DNA of 64,000 nt from Candidatus Hadarchaeum sp. (GCF_038871235.1 NZ_JAVZIN010000002.1:1-64000), one strand, 5' to 3'. Shown: positions 52,930 to 63,251, numbered from the stretch's first letter. Notes: a model not told the origin generated them from the letters alone. A program made the numbers and translations.

Positions 52930-53947
52930 GGTTTTTTTCCATTTTAGCTAACTTTTCAGCCACGTACCAAGGCATTTCAATCCTTTTCTTGTGGTGGTCA
53001 ATCACTATTAATTCTGCAGGAATCCTGTAGTCTCGCATTAACCTTGACCGTACCGAAACCAATCTATCATCAGGCAAATTCAATATTACTCCCTTCACCA
53101 ATAGACCATCAGGCGTAACGACCTCATGTGGTCTAGCGATATTTTTTGCCTTGCGTTTGAGTCTGTTGCGCAACTGAACTGAATCCTTTAAAGCGCTGGG
53201 ACAATAGTGAATGTTTAATTTGGTATTCTTGGCGGCCCACTTAAGTACCCTGATTGCCACCTCTTCACTCCCTTTAGCTGCCATGGAGGTACTGGACTTT
53301 AGTGTGAACCCTTTCTTTTTAAGTTGATCTAAGTTAGTATCGGAAAACTCCAACTCATTCAAGTTCACAAATTTGCACTTTATCTTATCCAGCTCAGCTA
53401 AAAGCGATGTAATCTTTCGATATTCACCCGGGATGGCGGGTATTTCAACACCGGCACAAAGACATACGTCCAGCGCTAACTTAACCGGCTTTACCGACCA
53501 AGTATGGAACCTAATCTCATCCAAACCTTCGCGTTTAAGCTGGAGCAACTGCGACCTCGATAGCTCCCCGCAGCAGTACATATGCACATGGTGATTACGA
53601 CCGAATTTTTCTTTCATAAGTCGCAAGTAGAATAAAACGCGCTTAAATCTAAGAGAAGGGTCACCTCCGGTGATCCCGGTGCCCAAGGCCTCCATTGATC
53701 TCGCCTCATCCAAAATATCTTTAGTCGATTTAATCGGCCTTTCATTCGCATAAGCTAAATCCTTGCCCGCCCTTTTCTCAGACAACGGACAATAAAAGCA
53801 ACGGCGGCGGCAGAGCCCGGTTACAAAGAGCACCAACTTTGCTCCCTTTATGCAGAGTCTGCAGCCTTGAGGCATCTTTCCCAGAACTAAAGAATTTGCT
53901 GAAGTACGAATTATCCTGCGGTCGGCTCTATCTGTGGCCAATCTCAT
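52862..53947 (-). CDS. Radical SAM protein (COG2108-like)
   Basis: GCRLC, CRRRCFYC, ITGGDP, DEIRFH, NLNELE. Confidence 0.88.
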   Translation of the reverse strand: MRLATDRADRRIIRTSANSLVLGKMPQGCRLCIKGAKLVLFVTGLCRRRCFYCPLSEKRAGKDLAYANERPIKSTKDILDEARSMEALGTGITGGDPSLRFKRVLFYLRLMKEKFGRNHHVHMYCCGELSRSQLLQLKREGLDEIRFHTWSVKPVKLALDVCLCAGVEIPAIPGEYRKITSLLAELDKIKCKFVNLNELEFSDTNLDQLKKKGFTLKSSTSMAAKGSEEVAIRVLKWAAKNTKLNIHYCPSALKDSVQLRNRLKRKAKNIARPHEVVTPDGLLVKGVILNLPDDRLVSVRSRLMRDYRIPAELIVIDHHKKRIEMPWYVAEKLAKMEKNLTFALVEAYPTYDGLETTLIPL

Positions 53948-54362
53948 GACCCCAACGTCTTTTCTTGTCGGTGACTTCCTCTTTCCAAATGGGAACTTCC
54001 TTCTTTACCCTGTCCATTATCTTGGGAAGTGCGCTAAACACCTCGGCCCTTCTAACGCCAGCCACTAATACATATATTGCGTCATCACCTGGCGAGAGTT
54101 CATCGACAACATGGTGGATCATCACCCTCTTGATTCCGGGCCTTCTCTCAAAATCAGACGCTATTTCACCGAGCTTATCCACCGCGTCTTCTGCGCTTTC
54201 ATAATGCAAATATTTAACAGATCCCCCTTCTAACGACACTCTCCGAATTACGCCCACAAAACATCCAATAGCTCCAACCTCCTTGTCTAAGCTGGCCTTC
54301 ATCCGTTCAAGAAGGTCGTGGAAATTAACCTCTCCCTTTCGATGCACACCTACATCAGGCAA
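53928..54362 (-). CDS. moaE: Molybdopterin synthase catalytic subunit
   Basis: GAIGCFVGVIR, YLHYE, KKEVPIWKEE. Confidence 0.88.
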   Translation of the reverse strand: MPDVGVHRKGEVNFHDLLERMKASLDKEVGAIGCFVGVIRRVSLEGGSVKYLHYESAEDAVDKLGEIASDFERRPGIKRVMIHHVVDELSPGDDAIYVLVAGVRRAEVFSALPKIMDRVKKEVPIWKEEVTDKKRRWGHEIGHR

Positions 54363-54380
54363 AAGATATCACCGCTGAAT

Positions 54381-54665
54381 CTAACCACCCGAGACTGGAG
54401 GGAAGATTGCCACAACGTCTCCGTCTTTCAATTTAGTGTGCAAGCCTTGTAATAGGTTCACGCTCCTTCCATTCACGATGATGTTTACCGTCTCGCGCAA
54501 TTTTTCGCCATCAAAGAGTTGCCTACCCAATTTCTCACCAAACTTGGCTACGAGCGCCTTCAGCAGGGAGGAAACATCAGCGGTGCCCTCTATCACCGTT
54601 TTATCCGCACCTGCTGCCTCCCTGAAATTGGCAAAAAATTTTACCGTTACTGCCACAACGCTCAC
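54381..54665 (-). CDS. moaD: MoaD/SAMP1 ubiquitin-like sulfur carrier
   Basis: VKFFANFRE, NIIVNG, C-terminal FPPVSGG. Confidence 0.92.
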   Translation of the reverse strand: MSVVAVTVKFFANFREAAGADKTVIEGTADVSSLLKALVAKFGEKLGRQLFDGEKLRETVNIIVNGRSVNLLQGLHTKLKDGDVVAIFPPVSGG

Positions 54666-54750
54666 CGAAATCCTTCCAACTACCTAAAAAGATTAATTAC
54701 TCAACCTTTTTAAGCATGCGTAAGAGAGTAGTCAAGGAAGGGTTGATTTC

Positions 54751-55290
54751 GTGGCGGAGGTCAAAACCCAATTACAGAATATCGTGCTTTCCGTAACTTA
54801 CGAAGGCGTTGAATTTGACTTGGAGAAGTTGGCCAGATCACTTGAGGGGGCAAGATACGATCCGGAGGTATTTCCTGGAATCGCTTATAAGTCGGAGGAC
54901 CCACAGGCTTCCTTCTTAATTTTCGCCTCAGGAAAAATGAACTGTGTCGGCGCCAGAAGCATGGCAGATGCCAAGCTGGCCATAAAAAGGCTCACCAAGA
55001 AGCTTCAAAAGGCCGGAGTCAAGGTTAAAAGCGAGCCCAAAGTAAAAGTTCAGAACATCGTGGCCTCATTCGATTTCGGGCGCGAGTTCGACTTGGAGAA
55101 AATAGCCAGAACTTTTGAAAACACCGAATATGAACCTGAAGTTTTCCCTGGGCTGGTTTTCCGGTTAGACGAGCCAAAGGTAGTGGTTCTTCTCTTCGTC
55201 TCTGGAAAAGGGGTCTGCGCTGGTGCCAAAAGCATGGCGGATATCAAGGCGGCTGGGACAAAGATATTAAAACTTCTGAAACAGCACTAA
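54751..55290 (+). CDS. tbp: TATA-box binding protein
   Basis: Two repeats QNIV...YxPEVFPG...F.SGK..C.GA. Confidence 0.96.
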   Translation: MAEVKTQLQNIVLSVTYEGVEFDLEKLARSLEGARYDPEVFPGIAYKSEDPQASFLIFASGKMNCVGARSMADAKLAIKRLTKKLQKAGVKVKSEPKVKVQNIVASFDFGREFDLEKIARTFENTEYEPEVFPGLVFRLDEPKVVVLLFVSGKGVCAGAKSMADIKAAGTKILKLLKQH

Positions 55291-55325
55291 TGATGTAACC
55301 AACTCGCTGTTTTGCCTACATAATG

Positions 55326-55802
55326 CTACTTGGCCAACTTTGCCACAATATTTGCCACTCTGTATCCCAAATCTCGGCAGTTTTCAATACTTTCTTGGCT
55401 TGGGCTTCCGACAGCAACTGATCCGTAATGCATAAGATTTGATCTCCCCACTACAACCATGCCGTGAATAAGCATGGCATGGATTATGGACAACAGCGTG
55501 GTTTCGGACCCACCTGACCCTCCAAAGCTGGTAAAAGCAGCACCGACCTTTCCATCGAGCTTGCCGTAGTATTTAACCGACTCGTCAACGAAGGTTTTCA
55601 TCTTGGCCGACATCTGTCCGAAATGGCAGGGCGAACCGATAATTACTCCGTCAGCTTCTAAAAGCTCATCAACCTTGGCCTGATCGACCTTCCTAAGCAC
55701 CACCGCTACACCAGCGACCTTTTTAGCTCCCTCTGCCACTGCGTGAGCCATCTTTTCCGTGTTTCCAGATGCTGAGTCGTAAACGATTAAAACTTTGGGC
55801 AT
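55326..55802 (-). CDS. Flavodoxin/WrbA-like protein
   Basis: YDSASGNTEKMA, GSPCHFG, GKVGAAF. Confidence 0.88.
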   Translation of the reverse strand: MPKVLIVYDSASGNTEKMAHAVAEGAKKVAGVAVVLRKVDQAKVDELLEADGVIIGSPCHFGQMSAKMKTFVDESVKYYGKLDGKVGAAFTSFGGSGGSETTLLSIIHAMLIHGMVVVGRSNLMHYGSVAVGSPSQESIENCRDLGYRVANIVAKLAK

Positions 55803-55933
55803 TGAATATCCTCATTCATTATTTGTCTTTTCATTTCAATTTAAATTATCTGTACTGGACTAATCCATTTCCAAGATAAATCCCTCAACGAGCCTAATTT
55901 TTAACTTGGGCGAAGATAGAGCTTTTCGATACT

Positions 55934-57067
55934 ATGACTTCCACTGTCATCGTCAGGTATGGAGAATTGGCCCTCAAAAGCGAGCCTGTAAGAAAAAGAT
56001 TTGAGAGGTGCCTAATAAACTCGATAAAACGATCGCTGCGAAATGTGACTTACACCATTAGAACCGAACGCGGTAGGATTTTCATTGATACTACCGCCAC
56101 GGCAAAAACGGTGAAAATTCTGTCTCAGCTTCCTGGCATAACCTCAATCAGCCCAGCTGTGAAGACGAAGGCAGACCTTGATGCCATTAAAGTCAAAGTA
56201 ACTACCTTAGCCAAAAAAATACTAAAGCCCGGTATGTCTTTCGCAGTCAGAACTACTAGAATCGGAGAACATGCCTTTTCCAGCAGAGATATAAATATTG
56301 CTATAGGATCATATGTCCTTTCCCTCCTGAATAATCTAAAAGTCGATCTCTCCCATCCTGACGTTGAAATATCGATTGAGATCCGAGATAACGATGCCTA
56401 CGTCTTTTCCAAAACGGTGCGGGGTGTTGGTGGATTGCCTGTTGGAACTCAAGGGAAAGTCGTGGCAATTTTGTCCGGGGATAAAAAAGACGCCATCGCG
56501 GCATTTATGATGCTAAAGAGAGGATGTATGGTAACACCACTAATTTTGGACGCATACGACGGGATAGGCAATCACCGGACAGGGCTTACGATTGCACAAG
56601 CGGAAAGATTGTCACTTTTTGGCGCTGCCACCTCCCTCTGGTTATTCCCATTTAAGGATCTACTAAATCAAGTACAGAAAAAAACGGACAGCAAATTTTC
56701 CTTTATTATTCGCAGGCGTTGTGAACTGAGGGCCGCTGAGCTGGTCGCAAGAAGAATCGCCGCCGAAGCCGTTGTAACGGGTGACGACGCTCAATCTATT
56801 GCGGGGATAATGCTGCCAAACCTACATACCATTGACGCGGCCTGTCAGCTGCCCGTGTTGAGACCACTTTCCGGTCTGGAGGTAAACGAAATCAAAAAAA
56901 TTGGCGTAAAAATAGGGCTAAAACTAGCTAAGGGTTCAAAATTGTCTCACCCCTTAAAAGGCGCCGTTATTAGCGCCGAAGAAATTCTTGAACAGGAAGG
57001 GATAATAAACGTTAGGAAAATTATTGAGGATGCCTCTGAAAAAATAAGAAAAATAGAGGTCCGGTGA
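55934..57067 (+). CDS. ThiI-like THUMP domain protein with degenerate PP-loop
   Basis: VRYGELALKS, THUMP, GVGGLPVGTQGKV; SGDKKDA replaces SGGxDS. Confidence 0.82.
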   Translation: MTSTVIVRYGELALKSEPVRKRFERCLINSIKRSLRNVTYTIRTERGRIFIDTTATAKTVKILSQLPGITSISPAVKTKADLDAIKVKVTTLAKKILKPGMSFAVRTTRIGEHAFSSRDINIAIGSYVLSLLNNLKVDLSHPDVEISIEIRDNDAYVFSKTVRGVGGLPVGTQGKVVAILSGDKKDAIAAFMMLKRGCMVTPLILDAYDGIGNHRTGLTIAQAERLSLFGAATSLWLFPFKDLLNQVQKKTDSKFSFIIRRRCELRAAELVARRIAAEAVVTGDDAQSIAGIMLPNLHTIDAACQLPVLRPLSGLEVNEIKKIGVKIGLKLAKGSKLSHPLKGAVISAEEILEQEGIINVRKIIEDASEKIRKIEVR

Positions 57068-57071
57068 AAAC

Positions 57072-58346
57072 ATGGATTTGGTGATTAACCCGGCCACTTC
57101 GATCACTGGTGAGATCGAGGCCCTACCATCAAAATTTCATACGCAATTTTCCACCGCACTCGCGATCCTAACCGGAGGAAAGTGCACCATTGAATCCCCT
57201 TTAAGGGTTCGCGATACCCAAGTTATGCTAAAAGCAGCTGAATCCTTAGGGGCTGTTGTAAAGCGGTCCCAGGAAAAATGGACCATCTGGGGGGTAGACG
57301 GCAAAATCAAATCAGATAAAAACACCCTAGACGCGAAGAACTCCGGCACCTCGATCTGCCTGCTTACAGGGATCTCCACCATCTCGCCATCGACCATGGT
57401 CCTCCATGGTGACAGCCAATTGCGCTCAAGGCCCATGCCAACATTTCTTAAGGCGCTACGTTGCCTAGGCGCCGATGTCTATTCGACGAAACCAGATGAA
57501 AGTCCTCCTTTCATAGCTTTCGGCGGCGGGCTCAAGGGTGGCAAGGTTAAGCTTGATTTTCTTGAACCCAGATATCTGCCGCCCGTTCTAATCGCGGCAC
57601 CTTATGCCAAAAAAAAGGTAGAGTTAAAGGTCAAATCACCAACACTTGATCGGATCTCTGAACTAATGAAAATCGGACATGTCAAAGTGATCGAAAAAAA
57701 GAACACCGTCATTATCCCCAACCAAACCTACCGCGCCTTTACTTATCGAGTGCCGCATGAGATCTCTGGAACTGCGCCTTTTCTGGTCGCTGCCTGCCTA
57801 ACCGGTTCAAGCATTAAAATAAACCCTCTAGGACAAATGACCTATCGCGACAAGGAATTTCTCCAATGCTTAAAATCATTCGGAATCAATCCACAAATTT
57901 CAAAAAAATGCCTCAGTCTAGATGGAAAACACCGACTTAAAGCCACAAGGCTGAACCTCCGTTCTACTCCCGAATTGCTGCCCTTAGTCGCAGTAATTGC
58001 CTGTATGGCAAGAGGGAAAACTTTGATTTACGATGCCGCGGGCGCTAGGACCATGAAGTCAGACCGGATTTCAGCGATCGCCAACGAACTGAGACGAATG
58101 AAAGCCAAGGTGCTCGAGAGAAATGATGGATTGATCCTCCAAGGACCAGTGACATTGCGCGGCTGCGAAGTTGATGGTCACAACGACTATGCCATCACCG
58201 CGGCTCTCGTGGTGGCAGCGCTTGTATCAAATGGAATTACGACAATCAAAAACGGTGCCGACTCGCTTATCTCGAGTTATTCAAGATTCATATCCACCTT
58301 CCAAGCGATGGGCGCCGAGATAAGCTACCGGCACCCAACAGTTTGA
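57072..58346 (+). CDS. EPSP synthase (AroA)-fold protein with degenerate active site
   Basis: PSK, NSGT, GDSQLRSRPM, SDRI recognisable; several catalytic motifs altered. Confidence 0.8.
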   Translation: MDLVINPATSITGEIEALPSKFHTQFSTALAILTGGKCTIESPLRVRDTQVMLKAAESLGAVVKRSQEKWTIWGVDGKIKSDKNTLDAKNSGTSICLLTGISTISPSTMVLHGDSQLRSRPMPTFLKALRCLGADVYSTKPDESPPFIAFGGGLKGGKVKLDFLEPRYLPPVLIAAPYAKKKVELKVKSPTLDRISELMKIGHVKVIEKKNTVIIPNQTYRAFTYRVPHEISGTAPFLVAACLTGSSIKINPLGQMTYRDKEFLQCLKSFGINPQISKKCLSLDGKHRLKATRLNLRSTPELLPLVAVIACMARGKTLIYDAAGARTMKSDRISAIANELRRMKAKVLERNDGLILQGPVTLRGCEVDGHNDYAITAALVVAALVSNGITTIKNGADSLISSYSRFISTFQAMGAEISYRHPTV

Positions 58347-58416
58347 TTAAGAAAGTTAATATTTCTGAAACATCATGGTTAATTGACCTATTTAGTTTAT
58401 CCCGAATTGTGGTCAC

Positions 58417-59025
58417 TTGAGGGGGCAGCTGAGTATAGAGTTCTTGGCGGTCATGGCCGGTTTCTTGATCATGGTAGCTACTGTTACTCTGCCGACGTAT
58501 CTTCAGGCAAACTTCGACGCGGAAAAATTGAGCAAAATCTCTGAAGCAAAAGTGGCTGCCAACGAGCTGGCAGCTGGACTGAACCATCTGTATGCAGTGG
58601 GGCCAGGTTCACGTCTGACCGTCGAATACTCGCTTCCGGCCGGGATCTTGACCATATACTTGGGAGGCTACGATAATCTTGATGTCGATGGGAGACTTAC
58701 AGCGGATGAAACAGTTCCGATAAATGGCCGTGCAGACATCCAAATTCTGATGGACTTTAACGGCGATGGGTTGTGGGACAACATGCGCGATTCCATAATC
58801 ACAGTGGATACGGTACTGCCCAGTCGGTGGAATGAAGACGGTACCGACCGGGGAGAAGACTGGGTTAAGGAGAATTGTCTACACGTGGAAGAAAATGGCT
58901 TGAAAGTCGGTCCTGAGTACGGGACTCTTTCTAACAGAACTTTTCACCGAACCACGCTAATTTACTGCTACGATCCGAGCAGCCGATACCCGCGAAGGAT
59001 CGTGGTCTTAGATGAAATCAGATAG
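58417..59025 (+). CDS. Class III signal peptide pilin-like protein
   Basis: RG|QLSIEF followed by hydrophobic helix. Confidence 0.8.
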   Translation: MRGQLSIEFLAVMAGFLIMVATVTLPTYLQANFDAEKLSKISEAKVAANELAAGLNHLYAVGPGSRLTVEYSLPAGILTIYLGGYDNLDVDGRLTADETVPINGRADIQILMDFNGDGLWDNMRDSIITVDTVLPSRWNEDGTDRGEDWVKENCLHVEENGLKVGPEYGTLSNRTFHRTTLIYCYDPSSRYPRRIVVLDEIR

Positions 59026-59509
59026 ACATTATTCAAAAGGCCAATCGGCGGTTGAATATCTGACCATACTCTCCGCGGCGCTGGCCCTACTGACCTCAGT
59101 AACTCTCACCCAATCCATCAATCCATCCAAAAATGCTGCGGATCATTCGGCATATCTAATGCAGGCAAAAGCGACAGCCAGTTCCATCGCTGGTGCCATA
59201 GATGCTGTTTATGCGAACGGGGCCGGTGCATCCAAAAGTTTAATCGTGAAACTGGGCTGCCCCTGGACGGCCCAAATGGACAACTCGAAAAATGTCTTTA
59301 GGGTAATCTTCTGGACCATGTCGGGCGCAGAAAATTCGGAAGTCAATCTTCAGTACAAAATAAAGAAACAACACTTGCTTACAACAATCCCTCCGGGAAC
59401 CTACACGGTCATCGTGACTTGGTCTGAAAACAAAAATTTTCCAGAAACTATGCAGCTGGATGTGGTCGGCGGCGGGAAAATTTACATCTATCTTAACCCA
59501 CAGGGGTGA
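59012..59509 (+). CDS. Class III signal peptide pilin-like protein
   Basis: KG|QSAVEY followed by hydrophobic helix. Confidence 0.8.
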   Translation: MKSDRHYSKGQSAVEYLTILSAALALLTSVTLTQSINPSKNAADHSAYLMQAKATASSIAGAIDAVYANGAGASKSLIVKLGCPWTAQMDNSKNVFRVIFWTMSGAENSEVNLQYKIKKQHLLTTIPPGTYTVIVTWSENKNFPETMQLDVVGGGKIYIYLNPQG

Positions 59510-59940
59510 TTAATCTGGCCATTGCAGAAAAAAGAGGATTCTTCTCAATAGACGCGCTTTTGGCGCTAAGTCTGTTGGTGATAGTCGCTACCTCGCTCAT
59601 AACCTTATCTGAAGGAAGAAGAAAATCCGCAGAAGCGATTGAGATCCACCTAGAAGCAAAGATGATCGGCGACAGACTTGCCGCAGCGATGAACTCTGTA
59701 TATGTGAATGGGCCCAACATCAGTCTAAGTCTCAAGTTGCCGGAGAACATTGGACCCTATCCATACAGAGTATTCTCAGACAACTCAGTTGGCTTGTTAA
59801 CTGTTGAAAGCAGTGTTGAAGTAGTAGAGATAAATACGGTCTGCAAAAACTTCAAAAATTTTGTGCTTGAACGGGAAAATCTGACCAAAAAAATTCAGAT
59901 ATTCTGGGAGGGTTCCCAGCTATGTATTGCGGGGAGATAG
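59506..59940 (+). CDS. Minor pilin-like protein
   Basis: KRG|FFSIDALL. Confidence 0.72.
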   Translation: MINLAIAEKRGFFSIDALLALSLLVIVATSLITLSEGRRKSAEAIEIHLEAKMIGDRLAAAMNSVYVNGPNISLSLKLPENIGPYPYRVFSDNSVGLLTVESSVEVVEINTVCKNFKNFVLERENLTKKIQIFWEGSQLCIAGR

Positions 59941-60353
59941 CAGGCCAATCCAGCACAGAATTTTTAATCCTGGTCGCAGGCATAATTTTAACCGCAACAT
60001 CATTTTTTTGTTGGAGTTTACAAAATACCGAACTCACTACAATAATTCAAGCGGCTCATGATGGAGCTGAAAATGCGCTTGCAACCATTGAAATCAACTA
60101 TGGGTGTTCTGCATATGTCGAATGCTTTGGACTCAACGATAATCGAATAGAGATATCCATCGTTATCCTAGCTGCTCCGCCGGAAAATATCAACCAATTT
60201 GATTTCACGGAAAAAGTTGTTAAAAAAATGGTCAAAGAAAGCGTCTTTAATTATATCCAAAGGGCTCTGAGCAGTCTTTCGACAAACAATCCGATTGAAA
60301 CAGCATTTTGCCCCTATGATGTCTCCATCCGCATAAGAAAGGGAATCGAATGA
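59922..60353 (+). CDS. Pilin-like protein
   Basis: AG|QSSTEFL followed by hydrophobic helix. Confidence 0.7.
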   Translation: MYCGEIAGQSSTEFLILVAGIILTATSFFCWSLQNTELTTIIQAAHDGAENALATIEINYGCSAYVECFGLNDNRIEISIVILAAPPENINQFDFTEKVVKKMVKESVFNYIQRALSSLSTNNPIETAFCPYDVSIRIRKGIE

Positions 60354-61318
60354 ACGAGCATGGACAGATTTTTACCTTAGATATGTTCTTCGCCCTCGTC
60401 TTAACCGCGCTAATAATTAGTAGTTCCGGCCTAGCATTGGAACAGGTGAGGAAACAAACTAATGATTATTTTTTAAGATATTCTCTCGAACAAACGGCAA
60501 ATGATGCTGCTGACGTGCTTGTTAAAACTGGCGGGACCCCGGATGATTGGCCAAAGCAGCCCAATTCCATAGAAGCTGTTGGCTTATGCCAAACTGATCA
60601 ACACGGTTTTCCAATACCGAACAGCCTTTCGATACAAAAGCTAGAGAACCTAAGGCAACTTTGTAAAAATGAAATCTGGGAAAGCTATCCCGCTGCCTCT
60701 CAGGCAATAAAGGCCCTTTTTAATCGCTCTGAAAAATTTGAACTCATTTTGATCGACGAAACTACTAACGAAAATCTATGGCCCCCAGTTTACCCTCGAT
60801 GGAATATCAAACAATCGTCGGGAGTTCAAGACTCATCAGAGGTTGTCGTGGTAAAGCGCCTAGTTGCTACAAATGTGATAACCGAAAACTTACTTGAAAA
60901 TCTTATCCACATCAGCAAACCACCACGTTACCAAATCTACTTTAACGTTGACCCTGGAGAACTAAACACTCGTGACTGGTACATCGTTTTAACAAGGTCG
61001 CTGCCACCGCCACCAATACAACCGGAAGTGAGGATTTGGGTGAACCGAAACCCGAGTGACGGTGATGGAGATCGGGACTTCAAATCCCCACCGCATGATT
61101 CGCCCTTCCGAATAAGATGCGATGGAGTGGATTACCCAGATGGTTCTGACTACGCCTTTCCAGTGCCGCTGCACGAAGGGCAGAACTTCATCTGGATTAG
61201 AATTTCAGGTAAAAATGCCCCGGTTAACGTTTCAATAGTTTCGCTACCGAGGGGTTCGCCATCAAAGTTAGTTGAACTTCCCCCAGTGGCAACCTTGGTT
61301 GTAAAACTATGGAGGTAG
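60350..61318 (+). CDS. Minor pilin-like protein
   Basis: HG|QIFTLDMFFA; ADVLVKTGGTPDDW. Confidence 0.75.
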   Translation: MNEHGQIFTLDMFFALVLTALIISSSGLALEQVRKQTNDYFLRYSLEQTANDAADVLVKTGGTPDDWPKQPNSIEAVGLCQTDQHGFPIPNSLSIQKLENLRQLCKNEIWESYPAASQAIKALFNRSEKFELILIDETTNENLWPPVYPRWNIKQSSGVQDSSEVVVVKRLVATNVITENLLENLIHISKPPRYQIYFNVDPGELNTRDWYIVLTRSLPPPPIQPEVRIWVNRNPSDGDGDRDFKSPPHDSPFRIRCDGVDYPDGSDYAFPVPLHEGQNFIWIRISGKNAPVNVSIVSLPRGSPSKLVELPPVATLVVKLWR

Positions 61319-61321
61319 AAG

Positions 61322-62527
61322 ATGTCCTCACTTTATGATGAAAAAGGTTTTATATTCAGCCTAGATGCAATTCTGGCCATCGCGGTTCTGATCACGGCTT
61401 TGCTTGGCGTGGCGAGTTTCATCGGACCCCAACCAATTCATGATCAACAGGGGTATCTTAGACTTGAAAGATACGCTAACGATGCTCTTGAAGTTTTACA
61501 GCTAACGGGAACAATGGACGAAATAATAAACTATGTTAGGCAAGGATACCCAGAAAATGCCGAATACTTGGCCGAAACGCAGCTTAGAAAAATTTTGCCT
61601 GCCGAAATTCAGTTCAGGCTGATAATCGGCGACGAAAACAATCCGCGTCTGGATAACGTTTTTTCAACGCACGGAAAGAATGAAGAATGGTTGGTCGCTT
61701 TTCAAAATGTAAATGAGATGGCCAAGGCTATAGGAATAACCACGCTACCTAGGAAAAGGATCAAGGTGCTCGCTTGGGTTGACAATAATGACGAAGAATT
61801 TATTTTCCAACTGCTTGTAAACGCTGGCATCGACCTCAAAAAAGTCAACACCATTACAGAATTCTGGAACGAAGTTGATACCGCCATCGCTAAATGGCAG
61901 CCGGGTCATCCCTATTATGACGCAATTTTCATTCCAGATGCTGAAATTGATCTCGCTCCAAACGGATTGACTTCAAAAATCATTGATCTAGTGATTTATC
62001 AAAAGTGCGAGGGTAGGATCGTTGTCGGTGGAAGTACCCTCTATCACAACTGTCAAGTTGAAGAAACTGATGGTTATCTCTGGGAATCGCTCGGGATTCT
62101 TTGGAACGATTCACCTCAAGAAATATCTGGACCGCCGCTGGACAACATGCGTATACTCAACTCTACCAGTTTCGTGACCCAAGCCTACAAAAATGGAGAT
62201 AATATTGAATACAATTCGAATTATGCCCAATATGTTTACGCGCCTATCGATGCTTCGTGGGTAGTCGCGCGATGGGAAGATGTTCCAAACATCATCGCTA
62301 ACCCTATAAGTGGAATAATTATCCGTCCTAGTGGCTTCACCCATACCCGTATGGGCCTATTGCCCCAGCCGGCGGTGCTGTTTAACATGCGCTTTGCCCA
62401 AAGTGCTACGGACAATGAGAACCCGATGGGTACTGCTGACTGGATAACTCTAGTAAAACTTGCACTTGGTTACGAAGAAGTTCCAGAGCTAATCAGCCTC
62501 TATGTTTGGAGGGGCCCGCCTGTGTGA
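61322..62527 (+). CDS. Large minor pilin-like protein
   Basis: KG|FIFSLDAILA. Confidence 0.75.
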   Translation: MSSLYDEKGFIFSLDAILAIAVLITALLGVASFIGPQPIHDQQGYLRLERYANDALEVLQLTGTMDEIINYVRQGYPENAEYLAETQLRKILPAEIQFRLIIGDENNPRLDNVFSTHGKNEEWLVAFQNVNEMAKAIGITTLPRKRIKVLAWVDNNDEEFIFQLLVNAGIDLKKVNTITEFWNEVDTAIAKWQPGHPYYDAIFIPDAEIDLAPNGLTSKIIDLVIYQKCEGRIVVGGSTLYHNCQVEETDGYLWESLGILWNDSPQEISGPPLDNMRILNSTSFVTQAYKNGDNIEYNSNYAQYVYAPIDASWVVARWEDVPNIIANPISGIIIRPSGFTHTRMGLLPQPAVLFNMRFAQSATDNENPMGTADWITLVKLALGYEEVPELISLYVWRGPPV

Positions 62528-63234
62528 TGACGATGAAAACGGATTATGGACAAAAGGGGGTCGCTCTGAGCAGTTTGGCGCTGCTGCTGATGCTGCCGGC
62601 TCTGCTGTTAGCCGCTTCCAGCTTGAAAATAATTGAAATTGGTGGGGAAACCAACTCCATCCAGATCTTGGCTGATAAAGTGTACTATACTGGAAAAGAA
62701 ATCTCAGAAACAATAAAACTAATGCAGAAGAATAGAGTTCCAATTAATGACATCAGCTTACAGGTGCTCGCTGAAAAATATCGTGCGGCGACTGGGTTAA
62801 TTATATGTATTACCTCCAATCAAGTTTATCCTCTCTGGATCCACGTACAACCCACCGGCGTTAATCATTATGCTGGAAGCAAATACTGTGTTGTTGAAAA
62901 AATCTCCGCCAATAGATGGAAATATTCGTTTGAAGACTCAGATGCAAATGCCGGCGAAACTGTCGATTTTGACTATAACGAGCCAGAATTGCTCATCGAA
63001 AAGATCGATGAAAATTTGAAAATAACCGTGTTGGCCTACAACAGCCCTCATTTCTCGGACGTTTATTATTCAAAAGAACTATTGTGGTCTGAAGTTGGAG
63101 GCATCGGTGAAAGACATGTGGGAGAATCTACGGAAATAGAAGAAAATTGTTTTGGGTCATTTATTTTGATCTCCATTGAAATTAGAGACCCTAATGATTT
63201 GGTGAGATGCTTCGAAAATGTCCTGCTTACGTGA
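62527..63234 (+). CDS. Pilin-like secreted protein
   Basis: QKG|VALSSLALLLMLPALLL. Confidence 0.65.
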   Translation: MTMKTDYGQKGVALSSLALLLMLPALLLAASSLKIIEIGGETNSIQILADKVYYTGKEISETIKLMQKNRVPINDISLQVLAEKYRAATGLIICITSNQVYPLWIHVQPTGVNHYAGSKYCVVEKISANRWKYSFEDSDANAGETVDFDYNEPELLIEKIDENLKITVLAYNSPHFSDVYYSKELLWSEVGGIGERHVGESTEIEENCFGSFILISIEIRDPNDLVRCFENVLLT

Positions 63235-63251
63235 GAAATGGATGTGAAAAG

